The notes beneath the pieces were generated by a model. It was not told the DNA's origin. It made no database searches and worked only from the letters and a program-made list of their open reading frames with translations. The translations under genes and the position numbers were made by a program. A stretch of 64,000 nt of DNA from Protoeuglena noctilucae (lineage: Eukaryota): positions 682,001 through 746,000 of the forward strand of contig OY253686.1 of NCBI GenBank assembly GCA_958009085.1, in the 5' to 3' direction. This document shows, piece after piece, positions 59,340-64,000 of the stretch (position 1 is the stretch's first letter; every line of letters starts with the position of its first letter).

Positions 59340-60705
59340 TCAGCGGCCCATGGTGATCCAGCGCCAGAACAAGTTGACGACAATCATCGCTCCGGGGATG
59401 CGGACCAGGGAGGCACCAAACCGCGTCCAGAGGTCGGACCAGGCCTTGCGGTGGAGCCCGGCGCTCTCGGGCGCGTGGTACATGAGGCGCAGCACGTTCA
59501 GGTACATGTAGGTGGCCAGGGCGTACTGGAGGTTGCGCTTGAGGACGACCTGCACAGCCAGCAGGAACGCCCCGGCCACCTCGATGCTGGCCATCAGGTT
59601 CATGGCCTGCTGCCGGCGGGGGGACGTGGCGTCGTAGAGGCGAGCGAGGGGGGTCCGCGAGAAGAGTCCGAGACTGCAAGGGTATCAAGAGGGTGCATGG
59701 GGCTTGGTGGAAGCACCGGTGACGGCCCACTGACACAAGGAAGCGTCTGGCTGAAGTCGTCTACGAGTCCAACTGGCAGCCACTGGCGTCGCTCACCCCA
59801 TGAGGGACCGCAGGTTGGCCATGAGCTGGAAGTAGGCGAGGATGGCTGGGGCGAGGAGGAAGGTCATGGACTGGACCTGGCGGGCCATGACGACGAAGAC
59901 GAGCGCTAGGAGGAAGTGGTACATGTCGTAGATGGCCATGGCCTGCGTTGCACAGGACACAGGGGCGCCCGGCATGGGAGAGGCACGCGGTGCGCGGGCA
60001 CACACTCGAGCAAAGTGGCCAGAGCATCACCTGCATCAGCCAGTCCTTGAGCGCCTGGAGATTGAGCCTCGGAGGGAGGCCCACGCGGCGCCCGACCCTG
60101 GTCGCAGACACCACGGCCACGGCCACCAAGGCCAGCCAGTACAGACGGGCCGATAGCAGCCCAGGCAGGAAGGGGAGGAGCGTGGCGACGGTCAGGCCGA
60201 TGACGAGTCCATTCAGAACCACGTTCAGTGCCTTGCGCGCCCACCCGGCGACGCCCCCGCTTGCGCTGGCGGACGCAGTGGACGGCCCCGCAGATGCGGT
60301 GCCTCCCGACGAAGGCGAGCTGCGGGGGGCCGCGTCCCCGCTTCCGGCCCAGACCGGCGGAGGACGGGTACCCGCTGCCGGAGCGGCATGCGCGTCTCGG
60401 GGCCCCTGGAACACGGGATCGGATCCGCAGGCAGCGTCGACGTCCAGATCTGCATTCACGTTCTCCTTGAACCACCGCGCCTTCCGTTTCCTAAGGATGG
60501 ACGAGTAAGAGGTAGTCCCAGCGGGGATCTGCGAGGTTCACGCGCAGCAGGAGGTGAGAACGACGCCCACGCCGGAAGGGACGCTCATGTTCTCCTGATC
60601 TCGAGACTGCACCTCTAGGCTGGCCACATATCGCTTCCACGCATTGTTGGCGTCAAAGTCGAAGGCGTGGAAAGCCCGAAGCGCGTCTTCAGCCCCCGCC
60701 CCCAT
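59340..60705 (-). CDS. TMEM33/Pom33 (UPF0121) ER membrane protein, plant type
   Basis: N-terminus AFDFDANNAWKRYVASLE|IP...RKARWFKENVNADL resembles the plant TMEM33 N-terminus. Several TM segments follow; C-terminal ASIEV..YLNVLRLMY..HRKAW. Confidence 0.75.
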
Positions 60706-61172
60706 CAGCGTCCACTCTCGATCCGTGCTAGCCCCCTGAGCTCGATGTCGTGTTCCACGCCGCGCATGCGCTGCGAAGGTGCTCAGTTGAATGCATGCCT
60801 GGTCACAGCCATCGCCTTAATCGTGACCTTGGGGTCCTGGCGTCGCAGCGCCAGCACCGCGCCAGGCGGCTGCGGCGCTGAAGCCGCCATGGGGCCACAC
60901 GCGGTGCCCTGCCGCGACTTCACCTCTTTACCAAGCGCAGTCGACGTCGATAAGCTCGCGGCCTTGCGCAAACTCGAGGGAACCTGTTTGCATCGCGCGG
61001 GAAACCCGCCCGCCAGTCCCAGGGCGTCCCTGTCGACGCGTGTGATAGTGGTTAGCCCCGCGGAGCCTGCTCACCGCGGGAACCCGGGCTCTCCGCGGGC
61101 CGTGCGCGCCCTGTAGAGCGCCCGGGGAGGGGCAGGCGCCTTTCGGCGCGGCCAGAGGTCGGGGGTGGCACT

Positions 61173-63163
61173 ATGGCGGACGTCAAGGATATCCTGGGCA
61201 TCAAGGGTGCACCTGCGGCTCCGCGAGAGAAGCCGGAGCAGCAGAAGCAGAAGAAGCCCAAGGGAATGTCCAGGTGCTGCCGTGCCATCGATCCCAGCGC
61301 CCTGCTGTCGCCGGACTCGCTGAAACCGGAGCCCGTTTGCATGGACACGTGCATGCAAGCTCACGGCGCCCGTCGCGCTGCTCATGCGCCTCACCAAGCC
61401 TTTCCTGCTCGGTCGATTTCAAGACCCCGCGTCGCCGTCGCAGGGAGGCGTTCGCGCTGCTGGATGACTCGCATCCGATCATGCCCAGTCAGCTAGTCGC
61501 CAGCAGCAAAGCCCTCAAGGAGAAGCAGAAGCGATCCAAAGGCAAGGTCACGTGGACGTACGAGGAGTTCCGCAACTCGGCGCGCGCGGACGACGAGAAG
61601 TGGAGGATGAAGCGGTGAGGGGAGCACGCCGCTGCGCTGGGCCTCGCGCCGGCCGGCCCAGGACGCCTGCGTGGCATCCGCGCCCTTGGCTTGCTGCTGC
61701 AGGTGGCAGAAGCGGGTGTACGACGCCCAGGGGAACCTCGTGACTCCTCCTCCGGACGACTACTGGGCGGTCAAGTACAATCGATCGGTGGACCTGGTGC
61801 AGTACGACGACGAAGAGTACGCGGCGCTGCTGAACGACGACCCGGACTGGACCAAGGAGGAGACGGACAGGCTGTTTAAGTTCTGCAAGATCTTCGCCAT
61901 GCGGTTCACGGGTGAGAGGGTGGTTGCGGGACAGGCATGGTCTGCAAGGACAGGGGATGGTGCGACCCCAGAGTCTGCCGTGTGCCCCTGGCTTGTGGCA
62001 TTTTATGTGCAAACGCGCGTGAGCGTCGGCAATGCGAGCGCCCGCAGTGATGGCGGATCGCTGGGCCAACTACAACGGCAAGGAGCGGACGGTGGAGGAC
62101 CTGCGGGCTCGGTACAGCGCCGTGGCGCGCAAGCTGCTGGTGGCGCGGGAGGGCGGGGTGGACCAGGCCGCGCACCACTACCTGGTCCGGCACCCGTACA
62201 GCGCCGAGCACGAGCGGGAGCGCAAGAACGCCCTCCGCAACCTCTACGTCAAGACCGTGCGGGGCCAGCGGGAGGACTCAGCCGTGCTGGCCAAGGCGCG
62301 GGAGCTGGAGGCCCAGCGACGCGAGGAGCTCCGCAACCTGTTCAAGCCCGAGGCGAGCGCAGTGGCGACGCAGCTGGCGGCGCAGGGACATCTGCCTGAT
62401 CCTGACACGGTGGACTAGGCCAAGCTTTGGGACTGCCTATGTTGTTCGTGACAATCTGGGAGCAGTGACCTGGTTTGTCGGTGCTTGCTTCTTGCTGTCT
62501 TCCGCGTCTCGCATCTGGCCCCACCAGCCCCGCCCTTCCCGAGCGTGAGTTGGCCTGCCCCCTGACCTGTCGCCCTCTGGCCTTTCTCCCCAGGCCTTGG
62601 AGGCGTCTGCTCTGCAAAGCGAGAACGCCCCGGTGGTGACCGAGTTCTTCCTCGACCTGGCCAAGCCGTCGCTGCTGGACGCGGCCCTGCGCCAGCCGCG
62701 CCTGCCCCCCGGGGTCTACCCCAGGGGAGGCTTCACCAAATCCGAGTCGGCAAAGATTCGCCTGGCCATCGCCGGCGGCCCCAAGGCGCAGAAGCAGTTC
62801 GACGCCATGCTGGCCGAGCTGGGCTTCTCCATGGAGGGCGGGCGGTGGCCTCTGGAGTTCCCCAACGCCCCCGTGTGCGCCAATTTCCTGGCGCTGCAAC
62901 AGGAGCTGGCCGACCACCTGGACTTCAAGCGGAGGGTGCAGGGACAGTCGGTGAGGATGGGGGGACACGCGGGGCGACTGGGGTGCACATTTAGGCATGG
63001 GGCTTGTCGTGACCTGCCCACCACCCTTGCACGCTCCCTGCAGGCCGCCCAGGGCCCCGTGGCGGTCAAGACGCTGCAAGTGGCTGCGAGCAAGCGCAAG
63101 AACGACTGGGAGGGCGCTGCGGGGTTAGGGACGCCGCGGTCGTCCAAACGGGCCAAGGGATGA
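61173..63163 (+). CDS. SWC4: SWR1/NuA4 subunit SWC4 (DMAP1/EAF2), SANT domain
   Basis: MADVKDILG, KKPKGMSREAFALL, FRNSARAD, KYN, YDDEEY, WTKEETDRLF, ADRW, RTVEDLRARY, ERERK. Confidence 0.92.
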
Positions 63164-63406
63164 GGCGATGGGTGGATGCGTCGAAGCGGGGTGTCATGCG
63201 AATGGGCACAAGTTTGTTCTCTGACGTCGCTGCAGTATTTAGACTCTGAGCGGGGCTGCCTGCGAATCGCTGCAGTTCCTTGAAACCCCGACTGGAGCAG
63301 CCAGCGGTGCACAGACGAGCACCATGGGCACATGCGCTCATCGACCACAGGGACCCTAGGGCAGCGCGTTTTTCGAGGACGTTCGCAAAAAGCCCGTCGT
63401 CGCATC

Positions 63407-64000
63407 TCAGACGGTCTTGTGCTGCATGCTGATGGGGCACTCGTGGATCTGGCGCCGCACCTCCCGCCAGTTACCGTTGGCAAGCTGGAAAAGGTACTCG
63501 AAATCAGACACCTGCGAGCGAGACGAGACGAGCACTACGTTATATCAGCACATGCACACTCGGGCACTCGTCCCTGGTCCACATCGGCATCCTCCATACA
63601 TATCGCACCTTGGGCATCAAGGAGCACGAGCCCGTCTGCAGCATGTAGTGCAGGACGCGGACGCCCTCGCGCCACGACATGCGGCGGATGGGGAACGTCA
63701 CGCCTGTCCAATTAGGGACCAGGACCTTGTTTGACACGGGGCCGTGGGCACGCGACGCGGCCAGGCACACTGCGGTGAGGTGACGAGGGCGGCTATTCAT
63801 GCGACAGCCACCGCGCCTCGCACCAGCGCAGTCATCACGGACCCGCACGTCAACACATCCGCCCTGAATCCAACGGCGCAGACGAAATCGCACCACCGCG
63901 CTCACCTCCGCGCTTGGGCGGCCTCCGCGTGAGCACCCTCAGGGCCACGGCCGCGCGCAGGCTCTCCGGCGGGATGGCCTTGCGCTCCTTGAAGGACACC
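63407..64000 (-). CDS. 3' exons of a probable mitochondrial ribosomal protein mS29/DAP3 (5' part lies outside the window)
   Basis: Three spliced exons: RKAIPPESL..VCLAAS..FPIRRMSWREGVRVLHYMLQTG..EYLFQLANGNWREVRR, resembling the DAP3 C-terminus. TGA at 63407-63409. Confidence 0.55.

Noticed and set aside
1..64000. CRISPR arrays, tRNA/rRNA genes, prokaryotic operons
   Set aside because: None seen. The window is intron-containing eukaryotic DNA with no repeat-spacer pattern or recognisable structural RNA.

Overview
Gene-dense, GC-rich eukaryotic nuclear DNA with many short spliceosomal introns, most likely from a green alga (Chlorophyta): it carries PGRL1, cytochrome c6A, a plant-type cryptochrome and plant-type glycerate kinase. 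About 21 protein-coding loci can be read, in order: ankyrin protein (5'-truncated), ChAPs/exomer-like adaptor with a WW insert, class-3 lipase, two convergent class III nucleotidyl cyclases in an inverted duplication (left copy probably broken), VHL-beta/calpain fusion, degenerate cryptochrome, cytochrome c6A, GT32-FkbM fusion, LST8, DUF3427-like nuclear protein, GLYK, PGRL1, SAL1, CBM20 protein, CDS, M28 peptidase, TrmA, M1 aminopeptidase, TMEM33, SWC4, and the 3' end of a DAP3-like gene. A 200-N gap flanked by a 556-bp direct duplicate lies in the spacer of the inverted repeat. Most striking: (1) a calpain with an N-terminal VHL-beta-like domain that keeps much of the hydroxyproline pocket; (2) a mosaic inverted cyclase pair whose repeat edge puts the calpain's RRRCCWGK tail in frame behind the lipase stop codon; (3) a cryptochrome lacking key FAD-binding residues; (4) frequent GC-AG introns. 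All gene models and family calls were made by eye from recalled motifs with no database search, and many start codons are approximate.
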